This document shows, in pieces, positions 23,401 through 37,500 of a stretch of 64,000 bases of DNA. Source of the DNA: Antedon mediterranea (Eukaryota > Animalia > Echinodermata). Below the pieces are notes generated by a model that saw only the letters and a program-made list of their open reading frames with translations, was not told the DNA's origin and did no database searches. A program made the translations under genes and the position numbers. The stretch lies in contig NC_092680.1 in assembly GCF_964355755.1 (NCBI RefSeq), positions 16,377,045 through 16,441,044 of the forward strand, in the 5' to 3' direction. Numbering within the stretch: position 1 is the stretch's first letter; every line of letters begins with the position of its first letter.

Positions 23401-26400
23401 ATCCCTGCTTCTTCATACATCCCACTCTCTTCTAGACCAAATGCATGCATGCCATAGAGGTAGCTAAAATAAGCATACTATTAATGTTTAGGAAATTATT
23501 ACTATTAAGTCACTGCAAATAGTTAGTAAATTACAGTCAAAAAATCAACCCAAAATACCTTATTAATGTACATAATTGTTTTCATACTTTAACAGAACAA
23601 CTTTCTCTTCTCATCTTTAGAATTTCATATTTAATTGTTTTTTAGTTTTGCTGTGTGTTTCTGGGTCGTTTCTAGGTTTGCTTTTAAGGTATTAAAACGT
23701 ATAAAAAACATTTACCCATATAAAGGTGTAGATGGTTTCCAATGTGGAAATACTCTTGCTATTGAATCTCTCATAGGAGTACTTTGGCCCAGGTAATAAT
23801 AGTTTTCCTGGGCTAACTTGAGGGCTAGGAGGTCTGTTGGATAGTCCACAAGAAGATCTTCCCATATATTAGCAGCCTTGGACATATAACTGTAAGAAAA
23901 TGAATATATTTACATATTTACTGTAGTTTAGTTGATATTAGTGTGTGCTATTGCAATATACCAGTTTAGTCAGCAACTAGTAATATAGTGATAATATAAA
24001 TGATGATGATGATGATGATGATAATTCAGTTTACTGTATACACGGCTGTTTCAACGCACGTAATGTGCGACATTAAGTGTTTACAACGCGCTTTTGCTTT
24101 TATTCATTGTTTCCATCGCACTGCGATACTTAACTGCATAATTCGTTCCACTACCTTAATAGTCTAATGCATAATAATGCTTTTATATTTATATATAGAA
24201 TTCTAAAATAATTAACAAAATGTCTAATATTGTTGATACTAATTGTTTTACTATGCCTATTCAAGAACATAAAATAATAAACATAATACGAAATGTGTGT
24301 TTGTAGATAGAAATATAGCTAGTTTATTGAAGGCAATACAAAACAATTGGCGAAAATAATAATTATAGCGCCCTCAATCAGAAAATTCGTCAGATTTATC
24401 GTCTTCTTGTTCGTCCGTCTAATTTTTTTTCGTAGATTTGTTAAGGAAATAGAAATTTTAAACTATTTAGGTATCAACCACGCACATGCTTGTTTGTGGT
24501 GAACAGATCGGATCTCCCCTGTTTGGATGCTCATTAACATATCATGCATATTTATGAGCTGTTAGCTAACCATCGTTATTTAGGAATTTCTGAGCTTATG
24601 AGTTCGAAAAAACGGTAAACTTATTTTGATTTTTTATAAGCGAAATCAATATTTTTTCCGATTTTTTTTCGGCGAAAGTGAATAACTTTATTATAAATAC
24701 AAAGTGGTCTATTCAAAATTTGATTTTTTTCATCTTTATTTTTCATGTTTTGGGGGACAATACAACTTTAATAGTTGAAAATAAATTGTCAACAATAAAT
24801 GCAGAAATTCAATAAATACTCAACAATAAATGCAGAAATTCAATGAATACTAGTAATTAACTCATTTTTGTATTGTACTGCAAATCTTCACACAATAAAA
24901 TTATGGAGATTTTATCTCATGTACTGTAGTAGTATTTTTTTATTTATTTAATGCTGTTGCTATGTTTAAAAAATAATAATATTATTGCTTTTATTATGAA
25001 CATTATACAGCATTTTAAAAGCTAGAAAACAACCAACACATTTGCCGAATGGTTGTTGCTAAGCAGTATAACTATAAGCCAAAAACGTCTAGTTTACCGG
25101 CAAATTAACGGTAGAGCCTTTTATATAGGATCAGGTGAACCCCAGCACTTTCTTCTGTTCGTCGCACATGCTTGTTTAGGTGGTGAAAATAACAGATCGG
25201 ATCTCATCTGTTTGGATGATCATTAACTTAACATGCATATATATGAGTTGTTAGCTATCGTTATTCAGGAATTTCTGAGCTGATGAGTTAGAAAAAATTA
25301 ATATTTTGATTTTTTATAAGCGAAATCAATATTTTTTCCATCTTTACTTTTCATGTTTTGGGGGACAATACAATTTTAACTATCGAATTTAATATCAAAA
25401 CAATCAATTTGTTTAAAGGTTTTTGTTAAGATAATAACGAAATCATAAAGTTACTGCGAATATAATTTTAAACAACAAAAATAGCAATTTCGGAACGGCT
25501 CTGGCTGTGCGCTCCATGCACGCTCTACGCGTGCGCGTTTAGTTTCGATTCTCTATACACTGTAAAAACTGGCGTTGTTTTTTAACACGTTGTGATGTTT
25601 AATTATCAACGGTAGGTGTTAAAATAGCATATTATTAACACTTAGTGTGTTATCAGTGCCGTTACATTTAACACCATGGTGTTTATAACGATCATTGTAT
25701 TTCAAAATAAAGTTTTACATGGGAAATAATACATAGGCCTATGCTATGATAGGCCTTATTCATTTTCGTGAATTAAAAACATTGGTAAACCTATGAATAT
25801 AAATATCAGAGCTACGAATATCTCAGATTTTTTTCCTGTTTTGTTATATTTACTCCGTGAAAATATTTTATTAACGCATGACGTTTAAAGTACTCGTTGA
25901 AGTTTCTCACTGTTTTAACGCATAGCGCTTGCAGATAAGTCACATGATCACGCGGCGCGCGTCGTGAGCGAGGAGAGGCCGGTTAGAGATTCAGGCGCCA
26001 TTGTTTTCCATTGGCGAGCGAGATAATCGGAGAAGATCACAATCACTAATCACATCAATCTTCTTTCATCGTATAGGTAATTGTTATCTGTATTTTGAAC
26101 TACTGATAGTTTTATCATGTTTTGGTCGTAGTTCGAAGTGAAGGATATTTGTCATTATGGCCTAGCTAGGATCTCCTATTATTTAACTGTAACATAGATT
26201 AGGCTAGGCCGGCCGCGATTTTTTTTTTCGTACATAAGTTGGGGACCCCCTCATGAAACGTCACAAAATAAACATGAATAATTCATCCGTTAAATTTGTT
26301 GTTCCGTGTTCACCCAAGCGTATAGCAACAAGAAGCGATTACACAACTGCGATACGATACTTTCTAGGCCTAGGATTCTAAGTCAATTGACGCGATTGCC

Positions 26401-29400
26401 TTCGCGCACTCTTCTTCACACAAAATGTGTTGAGTCGAGGCTAATCGACAGCTAGGCAAGACATTAAACTAAGTAGTAATTCATTGGACATAGCCCAAAG
26501 AAAGCTTAGACCCACAAGAATAAAGAATGTGTATAATTTGTGTACTGTATTTTTTTTAATTCTGCTATTTTATTATCAAACAATGCATGTACTCAAAGGA
26601 ACTTTAAAAATGCGCGTATATGAACACATGAGATGGGAAGATTAGACCCACGAGAATAAAAAATGTATTTTTGTGTAATGTTTATTGTTTAATTTTGCTG
26701 ACTTATTACTCGGATTGTGTCATACCTAAACACACACACACGCTCTACTAGAATAGACATATGTTTAGAGACTAATAATTAGGCCTAGGCCTAATAGTAT
26801 TAATAGAAACTATAATTTTAACACGTAATTCTTTAGTAATAAATTATATTAAAAACACTATCATAAACTAAAGGCTGATTATTTCGACAATCCACACAAA
26901 ACGCCGCTATTCTATGAAATCGCACGCCGCAACAACAGCGCGGAGATAGGCCTAGAATCGTACCGCACTTGTGTAATCACTTCTTGTTGCTATACGCTTG
27001 GGTGCACACGGAACAAGAACATTTAACTGATGAATTATTCATGTTTATTTTGTGACGTTTCATGAGGGGGTCCCCAACTTATGTACGAAAAAAAAAATCG
27101 CAGGCCGGCCTGATGGACCAGTGCGTTCGCCATACTACTTTCTTACACACCGCCGCGCGCGCCTTTTGGCGCATGTCCTCTCTCCCCGAGTTTATGGTCC
27201 GGTCGCATTTGAACAGTCAGACATTAGAACTAGGCCTAGGCCGGGTATATAGGCACTGGCTAGGCTATATATTACTAGTGTTTAGAAAATCTAAGCTTGG
27301 CCACCTATCTAGAATAGGCACTAGGCTAGGCCTAGGCTAGCCTAGTACTAGGCCTAGGCTAGGTAGGCCTAGTTACTAGCTAGGCTAGCCTACGTAGCCT
27401 AGGTCTAGCCTAGTAGTAGTCTAGGCCTAGCTAGCCCTGCCTACTACCCTAGGCCTACTAGGCTAGCCTAGCCTATTTTCTGAATACTAGCCTAGCTAGG
27501 CCTGTGCCTAACTACTAGTACTATTTTATAGTAGGGTCCTAGGCCCTCTTTATTTTTAGTACTTCATTTTAGGCCTACCTACCTATTATTAATATGCCTG
27601 CCTACTCCTTGCCTACCGGGCTACCTATTTAAAAATAAATGGGTCATATGACCAATTCAAAGTTGAGCCCCTAGCTAGGCCAGCCTACTTCTAAGGTCCA
27701 TACATTTTTTTATTAGTTTATCAGGCTCCCCGCGAAATTACGATTTTTTAAAAATTGTTTTTAAATTGTTTTTAATTTAAATTTTTATATTAATTTATTT
27801 TATTTTGAGGGAGCTGAGGATGATTCGATTAGACTACTAGACATCCTGGAGAAGAAGGTTGCCGTTGTCAAAGGCAAAGGTACCAGATCCAATACCGTCA
27901 TGACAATGTTGGAAGTAGGTGATTAGTAATAACACATTGATTTATGTATAGTTCGATTTTCGCTCCGAGTTTTAATTGTGTAGCGCGCTATATAAAAACT
28001 GACATTATTATTATTATTAAAATATAATATCCACCTGACCATGCATCAGTTAGATATGCCTAAAAGTGACTCTCAATCAAATAAAATAACTGAAAATGAA
28101 ATCAATTTACATTTCCTTATATTTCAGGTAGAGGTAATAGACGTATCAGATGACGTTCTGGCTGAAAAGCTTCAAGACAAAAGTCCTCTTGCCCTACGCA
28201 TTGTGTGTATGGACGGCAGTACAAAGATATTTATTGTTGGTGAAGGGCAGTTTATAAACTTTCAAGGGCACACTGTTCCAAACATTCTCTACCAAAGTAA
28301 AAAACGCAAAGCAATGATCGCATTTAGAAGATCTGAAACAGTGACAAAAATGATTGTTTTTTACAGATACTATTTAAAAGTACATTAACACCATTCTGTA
28401 TATAAACATGTTTTAGCATTAATAAAGTGTTATCCACTCATAAACGTGTATATGTGTTATTTCTTTTAACGCCTGAACGTGTTAATAATTTCTTTAACAC
28501 CTAAACGTGTTAATAATTACGGAAACATTAACACTTAAACGTGTTAATAATTTTGACATTAACACTTAAACGTGTTCATTAAGTGTTATCCGAAACGTGT
28601 TAATTTTAGCGTTTAAACATTAACACTACTTTTTACAGTGTAGTAATGCATTGTTTTACATTTCATGTTCGCAGTAACCTTATGATTTCGTTATTATCTT
28701 AACAAAAACCTTTAAAAAAATTGATTGTTTTGATATTAAATTCGATAATTTTAAAGCATTGTGAATGTTATAAATTTTTTAGGCAAATGAGTTGGACACA
28801 AAGATGGCCGGTGTGCACCCCATGTGACTTTCTAAAATCCGTGAACGCGACATTGACGTAACTCTTTATATTATGGCTATGATGTCGCTATGAAACAGCC
28901 GTGTTATAGTGCCTGCAAATCTTCAATACTCTTTACCAGTAAAAATTAAATGCCAGGAAACTAAACTAAAGTGCCGGCTGACAGTGGTAAACCGTTCCAA
29001 AGTAGGAAAGAGTAAAATTACTCATCCCTCAAAGAAAGACAGAATCCTATGAAAAATGGGTAGAACAAGCAAATAGAGACTCTGAACTTGATCGCAGAGA
29101 CGTGACCTCTTAAGAAAAGTGTTACAAGTTAGTAAAGAATTATGAGGTTATATAGTGTATATGTCAACATTGTATCAATGAAGAAAGTAAATTATTTTTT
29201 ACTTTCCTAAAACTCTGTCTACACTATCAAACTGTGATGTGCCCATATATGGACATGGTGATGTCATATCAATACCATATTTGGGCATATCACTACCAGA
29301 TGGGCACATTACACTTTCTTTTTGTCAAACCAGTTTGATAGTATGGAGACAGGCCTTTATAATTGTTCTACTGTCTTTGAAGGGTTGTATTAAGAACTGA

Positions 29401-30273
29401 ACACTCATCAGTGATGCAGATAGTGAATATGTCAAAGTCTATTTTTGGAACATTGTGGTTTGAAATAAAAGGAGACTGGCCTTAACACTATAGTATTAGT
29501 ATTTACTATTTACAAAGACATCTTAAGGATTATAATTATACATTTTAAATTGTTGATTACTATGACTATTCGAAATTCTTTTTAAGCTCTGTCTAGCTTG
29601 ACAACAAAAGTGTGATGTGCCCAAATATGGTAGTGATATGACATATTTATGTCCATATATTGGCACATCACATTTTGTTTGTCACATAAAATTAGCTTTA
29701 CAATATACCCACCCATCTGCTAAAACTTGTACAGCTTCTATGTGCTTTGTCTCTCTATGTGTTGTTGTTGGTTTTTTCTTTAAAGTAACCAAGTAATCAA
29801 GGCTTTTTTGCAGTTGTTCATCCTTTTTTATGTCAATTGACATTGAACACAAGGTCAAACTAGTTGTAAGGACATGACCCATTACTAAAAAATATCAAGA
29901 TTGTACAAACCATATAAAATATTCATTCCATACATATCTATTTTATAGCTAGCTAATAATAGAAATTGTTCAACTAATAGTTCAGCTTTTACACCTAAAT
30001 GCTTGCGATCCTTGATCATGTAATTTTACTACGATCATTGTACGACCTCCAAAAAGCCTTATTCCGGTTTAGAAATTATATATTGGATATAATTATAAAC
30101 ACAACAGGCAAAGAACATTAATTCTAAACCGCCCAGTGATATACTGAAATTTAATTAATTAATTTGAAACGATAAAGATGGGGAAATCTGTGAGAATGAT
30201 CGCCCCAACCGAGACTCGAACTCGGACCGCCTGCTTGATATGCAGATGTCTTAACCATTAGACCATTTGGATA

Positions 30274-30316
<43 letters not shown>

Positions 30317-33300
30317 TGATATATATATATATATATATATAGATCCAAGGCAAATTACTGAAAAAAATGACAATGCTGTGGGTATCAGTGGCTGGATCTC
30401 AATGGAGATACAAAATAAAAGCGAAAAGCTAAATCAAAAACGAGAAGTAAAACAGCCAGAAAAGTTAGCAGCGCTTTCGGGCAACACTAGCCCTTCATCA
30501 GTGCAAGTGAAGGAATATGGATAACGTCATAGTATAAAGCAATTTGGTAAAGTTATCCAAAGTACCCTCCAGGATTACAGTAAAATCAGATCAAAATTGA
30601 TACAAACAGTAGAAAATATATATAAATCCAAAGGCAAATTACTTAAAAAATGACAATGCTGTGGGTATCAGTGACTGGATCTCAATGGAGATACAAAATA
30701 AAAGCGAAAAGCTAAATATTATATGGAAAAAACAAATATCACACCATTATTTATTATTACATCTCGTTTATCTAAAATGTCCTGTAGTGGAGCTGTAGCA
30801 ATAAGCGGAAAACTTTAGGTAGGTTTGTAGCACACAGAATCTGTACCTATCTATTCCGCTCAACCACCATGGTCATTAAATTAATAACATAGATTCTATA
30901 TTCTTGTTTTCTGCTTACTGTTGTGTAAACGTGTAAATTGGCCTTATGTAAGCCTAAAGTTAGACTTAGCTTATAAATATAAACACGATAAATTATAAGT
31001 TTATCCATCTTGTAATTGATGAGTTACTCACTGTTGAATGTTTATAAAATAAAATGAAATATATTTTTTTAAATTATATTCCAATAATTCTTCTTAAGTG
31101 TAGACAAATTAAATTGACTTAATTTACCAAATTCAGGATCTGCTTCCTTTAAACCTTTAAATGTTTGATCGATGCCACCCATACTCTTGTCTTGATAATA
31201 TCCAACAATCTGTAGTAGATAGAGTTGTTATATAAATACTTAAACTGTTGAACAATGACATGAATTACATGGACTGGCATTTGTCATTCTAATCTATGCC
31301 CGGTAGGGTTTTATGATAAAAAATGTTATCAAGTACATGCTAACATTACACATTTATAATTATCTTAGGTGTATTCCGGAACATTTTTGGCGAAGAAGCC
31401 GACGAATGAAGGGTTTTTAGAATTAGAAATCAATATAGATTACATGTTAAATTTACCACTAGAGTTTGTCAATAACATGTACTTGATATCAGTTTTATCA
31501 TAAAACCCTACCAGTATCAGTATGACCGACCGGCTTCAATCCATGTATGCACCTCTCAAAAATTATTCATTAAAAAACCTTTTGATTCATGATGCATAAT
31601 AAAGTTAAATTTAATATTTCACAAATTCGGGATGCCTCTGAGTGCTGAATTTTTATATCTCGGCAGCAAAAGATTAATGATGAATGTGCAAATTAAAAAT
31701 GTTTTGCCTCAGAGTGATTTCTGAAATTATATAGAAATTTTCCCTATTTAAGTTAAAATTAGCTACTTTGCAATAGTTAAAACAATTATCCTGTTTGACA
31801 AGTACATGCTGCTTAGGGCAAGAAGATAGTTTAGGGGTATAAATGCAAGACTAGGCTAGTGATTTGGAGGTTGTAGGTGGGTTTTAGTCCCACCTGATAA
31901 ATTCCACATTTGTTCCCTAATATATAATTACAATTATGAGTAGCACAAAATATGAGAACAGATTGAATTCAGGTTCTTAGAAATATAAATAATTCAATTC
32001 AATTCTTTATCAATACATCAAAACAAATTTGATAAAATTAACATCAAGAAGACAAAACAAACTAAATAAACAAAATCAAACTTTCAAAAACAATTAATGT
32101 CTCCTAAAAATGGCGGAGTTAACATAATTGATAGCAGGTAAAATAATATCAAAATCATGAAAAATGAATTTGTCAATGGCAATGTCATTTAAATAGTAAA
32201 AATAAATAGCTCCCTCTCTAAAATTGCTATACAAATCATAACGTTATCAAAGATCTTATGTACTAAAGATGGGACACTCTCGAAATTTTACGTGCGATTT
32301 ATGTAACACTCATGGAGCTCATTTTATAGGGCGCCCTCTCGCTCAAACAAGTAGATTTATGGATCAGATATGTCTACTGTATTGTAACTGAATACTCAAT
32401 TTTTTTCATCACAATAATTGCGGTAATGTGCGATTAATTATAATAATAGACTTATTTCCTGTACTTTGTATATCTCTATTTGTTTTAATTACTGAATATT
32501 GTTGTTATTATTGAATGTTTATCATCATCCTCAAAATCATCATCTAGGAGTAGGCCTAATCATCACTCACATCCGCACTACTACTTATTTATGCGAGTCG
32601 GCTCTGGTATTAACACTAAGCGCATCGTATTCCGTTTTTGTTCTTGATTTGTTCTTCTTTTTCATCCAGCAGCAAAACAGTGCAGATTAGGAAAATATAT
32701 TAGTCAAATAGTGTGTTATAAACAATTAAAAAAGAACAAGAACTCACTTTTTAAAATCACTACTTATACGACTATTTTATTGCATTAATTCTTCGGAATA
32801 TATTTATAAACAATCATAGGCTTAAGCTTACAGGCATGATATGAAACAGATTATGATAGTCAATTCTGAGACAATTCATACTAGGCCTACTGTATTATGT
32901 ACCCATCATTCGCCATGACATTCATTTATTATTATAATTTATTTAAAACCTGAGATAACAATTAGTTATATTATAGTAGTCTCAGTTTAAAATTAACTCA
33001 ATAACTATTGCGAAATGATGCACGGGCCACCGAGAGGAAATATAAAAAATGTAGAAACATTGAAATAAAATCATATTTACAATTATTCATCATACCAGAC
33101 CGTCGTAATGATCATCATTTCTAGCCGATAATGCACAGACCGGGGCGCGTACAGACCTCCTACAACTTTACCATACCTCAGAAATGTAAATTTGTTACTC
33201 TTCTTCTTCTGATTATGTCTCTGTTGAAGAATTTAACAGCATAGAATATACGTAGGTTTACTTATGTTTCAATTAGCAATGTTTCAATTGCTGATGAACA

Positions 33301-34530
33301 AACATTCAACTTCATACCAAATCTATGTAACATGGTAGCGATGTTTAACTTTATTTTTCTGATGATGTTTGATGTATGTAAGTATTTGTTAAAGTTAGAA
33401 ACAAAAATCTTTTCACATATAGATAGGAAATTAACTACATTGTCAGTAGGCATAATTAATCCTCCGAAGTCGATACTGGTTGATGGGCATATAAGACTTA
33501 AAATGTGTTAGGAACTGCTTTGGGTCTTCCAGTTTTCGATTGGTTTCTGGCATCGCACTGTTACAGGTATCGCAGTTGTGCTTTACACTTACTTTCTTGA
33601 CGACGTAACCGGCTACATAATTATACTAAAGTATAAGTAGAGTCATCTCAAAGTCTTCTAAGCAGCAGTCGTCGTCAGTGGTGGCATCGTTGTCTTCTTG
33701 ATCGGCAACATGATGCGATTGTGGCGTTGATGATGATGATGATGATGATGATTGGGCCATCATTATTGCATATATTCCATGTAGCTGTACTGTCGATCAG
33801 TGTCTTCTAGGCAATTCGAATTCCCCTAACGGAACAACATCCTGTTGAACATAACTTCCTTCAGGGAGGCTCTAAATTCATCTACCATCGGGTTATAGCA
33901 ATGACCCCCTCTCCCTCTGACAATAGAAAATAAGTTCTCAATGCAATCTTGATTTAGTCTGCCTGTGACCATCAGTATTTGAGATTCTTCGAAATGAATA
34001 TTGCACAAGTGGTAATTACGGTGTAAATAGGAACTTGGTTTCCTTCTCAAATCCGCGCGTCGTGTGTTCTGGGCCCATTGTGCACACCTGTAAATTAATA
34101 ATTGTCTAGTGAGTTTTTGCTTTATCCTAATTAACGTTTACGTAATTATAGGACGTCTGCGTGCATGGTAATTGATTTTCAAATTGGTTAGGGCCTAAAG
34201 TCAAATACTTAAGCCTAACCTAAAACCACTAACTAACTAACGGTTGAATTTCATAAATATTAAGTATAAGATTCAATTAAAAATTGTTTGTTAGGGCTAC
34301 TCAGCGGATAAGTAATATAACCAGGGAACAATAAAAATAGTGTAATTTCACTGTTATTATAACGAATGTCCTAGCCTAATAATGATAATAATAATCATTC
34401 CATGCGTTAATACTGCAATGTACGTAACGGCTAGTTAAATTAAACAAAATAAAATAACCATGAGACAGAAAGCAAATATTAACCATGAGACGCAAAGCAT
34501 GAAATAATTAAGATCACAATTTGTTTATAT

Positions 34531-34562
<32 letters not shown>

Positions 34563-37500
34563 TGTATAATGTAAAAAGAGGGGCTACAGCGACATGCCAA
34601 TTGGGCTTCTTGTAGTCTTTCGACCAAATTTTTACTTATATGCCAACAATTGTAATGATATAATATTTGGTCAATAAATGTTTCTTGAATTGAAAGTTTT
34701 AAAAGTTGTTTAAGGTACTAAAATTTAAAGGATAAAGTAATATAACCAGGGAACAGTGAAGAAATTAGTGTAAGTTCACTGTTATATAATTAATGTACTA
34801 GTAGGCCTAGTAGCCTAATAATAATAATAATAATCATTTCATACCTACGTTTAAATAATAATATTTATTAATAATAGGCCTACCTAGCCTAGTTTATTAA
34901 TATATGTATAAATTGAATACAGTAAAGTAAGGTTAGTCCCTACGTACATAGCATATGTTAAGATGTAGGCTACTTATTTAATTACATAAATTTACCTGTT
35001 CTTGTCTTTGGGAAAATTGTAAAGCTTAAGTTCTGTGTTGGCCTTTGAATTGCTTTTACAATTAATTGCAGCACAGTACATCCCTCCACTTTTTTTCTTT
35101 TAATTCATTGTTTGTTAACCATACAAACTTTGGCGCGAATACTCAATCCCTAAAGAATACTGCGATCGTCACGTCACGCAAAAGTTCGTTACTTGTTTAA
35201 GCGAGGGGGCGCACTATAATTTGACGCTTCTAAAGTGTTACGCGTAAACGCGGGTAGTGTCACATCTTTAGTATATAATACCAAAGAATATAAATAGGTA
35301 AAGAATCAACAGTACAAAAACGGAATACAATGCGCCAACGGAACTGTTGTATCTTCTCCTTTTAAGATCTTTGAACGTATACAATACCTGCGTGAGGGCA
35401 GCATCATAGAGCTTACAGGCCTCATTGCTGGTAGTAGAGAATTCAAGTCCTTCATCTTTCCATGCCTAAAAGGAACATAAAAAAAAGAAAAACATTTAAT
35501 CATCACAAGACAATCTAGCAACAGGACACTGAACTCACCTTGCCGAGATAGGACCTCGCTACAGTCATTTGATTTTATTTCTGGCTGCGAAAAATACCCA
35601 ACAGTACTGTACTATGTGCATATTATGGGTGGCCATTAGGGCCATAATAGTAAACAAATAAAACAAAGAACTATGTACAAAAACAACGAACGTTTTCAAA
35701 AATCAACAAACTCAAAAACCAATGAACGTTTTAAAAAATCAACGAACATAAACTAAAAAAACTAAATCAAAATCAAGGAACAAAATATAGAAAACAAAGA
35801 ACTAAAACATATTCTAATAATAAACAACAAAGAATAAGCAAAAAACAACGGACAATTTGGGAAATCAAAGATAACACGTACGTACGTACTATTATTATAA
35901 AGTTACTACGAACATGACTCTACATAGGAATATTTGGACACAATGGCTTCTAGTCCATTCAAAATCATAACTCTTTCAATATTATAATATGGCTCTGCTC
36001 GCGTGTCATCATGAGTACTGCCCTCAAATTGCGAACATTAGTTAGTATTTTTTGATATGTCCTTTGATTATTGAGCTTGTCTTTTGATTGTTGAGCTTGT
36101 CCTTTGATTGTTCGACTTGTCCTTTGATTGTTCGACTTGATATTTTTTAGTAATGGGTCATGTCCTTACAACTAGTTTGACAACTCAGCAATCAAAGGAC
36201 AAGCTCAACAACCAAAGGACAAGTCGAACAATCAAAGGACAAGTCGAACAATCAAAGGAAAAGTCGCACAAATAATAAATAATTTATTCGGAAAACGCTT
36301 TTTGAACAGCGACACATACGATAATGGTGCATCCTTAAAACATTTAAACATGCAATATAACAAATTATATGAGTATAAAAAAGAAGTAGACTAGATTAAA
36401 ACAGATCAAAACTCAGATAAAACAGAAATTCAGTAACCACCTTCCTCTAAACCAAAATAAAAATATAATACAGTTGTATAATTAAATGCAACTCACATAC
36501 ATAACATTGAACACTAAATTAGCATATCAATTAGTGTATGAACAAAGGGTTATACTGTACTTAGAATCTATACACATACTTGATACACAGTGTCTACCAG
36601 CAAAAAAAATGGGAACAATTGGAACCCAAATTAAGGACATCAATATATAGGAAAGCATAGATCAAAGCACAATCAAAGGACAAGTCGAACAATCAAAGGA
36701 CAAGTCGAACAATCAAAGGAAAAGTCAAACAATCAAAGGACAAGTCGCACAATCAAAGGACAAGTCGAACAATCAAAGGACAAGTCGGACAATCAAGGGA
36801 CAAGTCGAACAATCAAAGGACAAGTCGAACAATCAAGGGACAAGTCGGACAATCAAGGGACAAGTCGGACAATCAAAGGACAAGTCGAACAATCAATGGA
36901 AATATCGAACAATCAAAGGACGTTTGCAAAAAAATAACCAATTTTGCCGTTTGAGGGCAGTGTTCATGACACGCGAGAAAGAGTTACGAATGGATTAGAA
37001 GCCATTTTTGTGTCCAACTATTCATATGTAGAGTGTATGGAGTTGAGTCTTTTGTTTAAAAAATAATAACGTTCAAAAGGCTTTAATTCGACAGCCCTAA
37101 GAGGGGACATAATAATAATAAATTAATATCACGTACGTACATGTTATTTAATACGTGCATACGTGTTAATATTACGTACGTAATAATCAACACGTACGTA
37201 CGTAATAATAACACGTACGTATATTATTATTACGTACGTACGTAACGTACGTAGGCCTACGTACTTGTTAATAGTACGTATTTACGTAATAATAATACGT
37301 ACGTACGCATTACATGATTATTACGTACGTACGTAATATCAATACACATACGTACGTATTAAATAACACGTACGTACGTGATATTTAATTGCCTGTTGTA
37401 TTTTGGCTAAACCCTAAATCAAAGTAGAGACGTACAAGATGAATTGATCTCTATCCATATTTTGAACTATCGGCTAGCGGCCTATCTCTATCATTGCTTT

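Larger units (their letters stand above)
24041..28903. mobile_element. Non-autonomous TIR element with CAC...GTG ends (EnSpm/CACTA-like, uncertain) hosting nested insertions
   Basis: 13-bp TIR CACGGCTGTTTCA / TGAAACAGCCGTG and an internal inverted pair at 25380-25465 / 28667-28750. The TSD is imperfect (TA vs TT). Confidence 0.6.

Noticed and set aside
27230-27545. CTAGGC/CCTAG-rich tract as a regulatory array
   Set aside because: Irregular low-complexity sequence; similar tracts occur in several transposon interiors here (~12750-12900, ~22570-22720).
30201-30270. Functional tRNA gene
   Set aside because: The acceptor stem is incomplete and the anticodon loop is atypical; better explained as tRNA-derived.
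36058-36921. Regular 20-bp repeat array resembling a CRISPR array
   Set aside because: Units are directly adjacent with no unique spacers, there are no cas genes, and the context is a eukaryotic intron.
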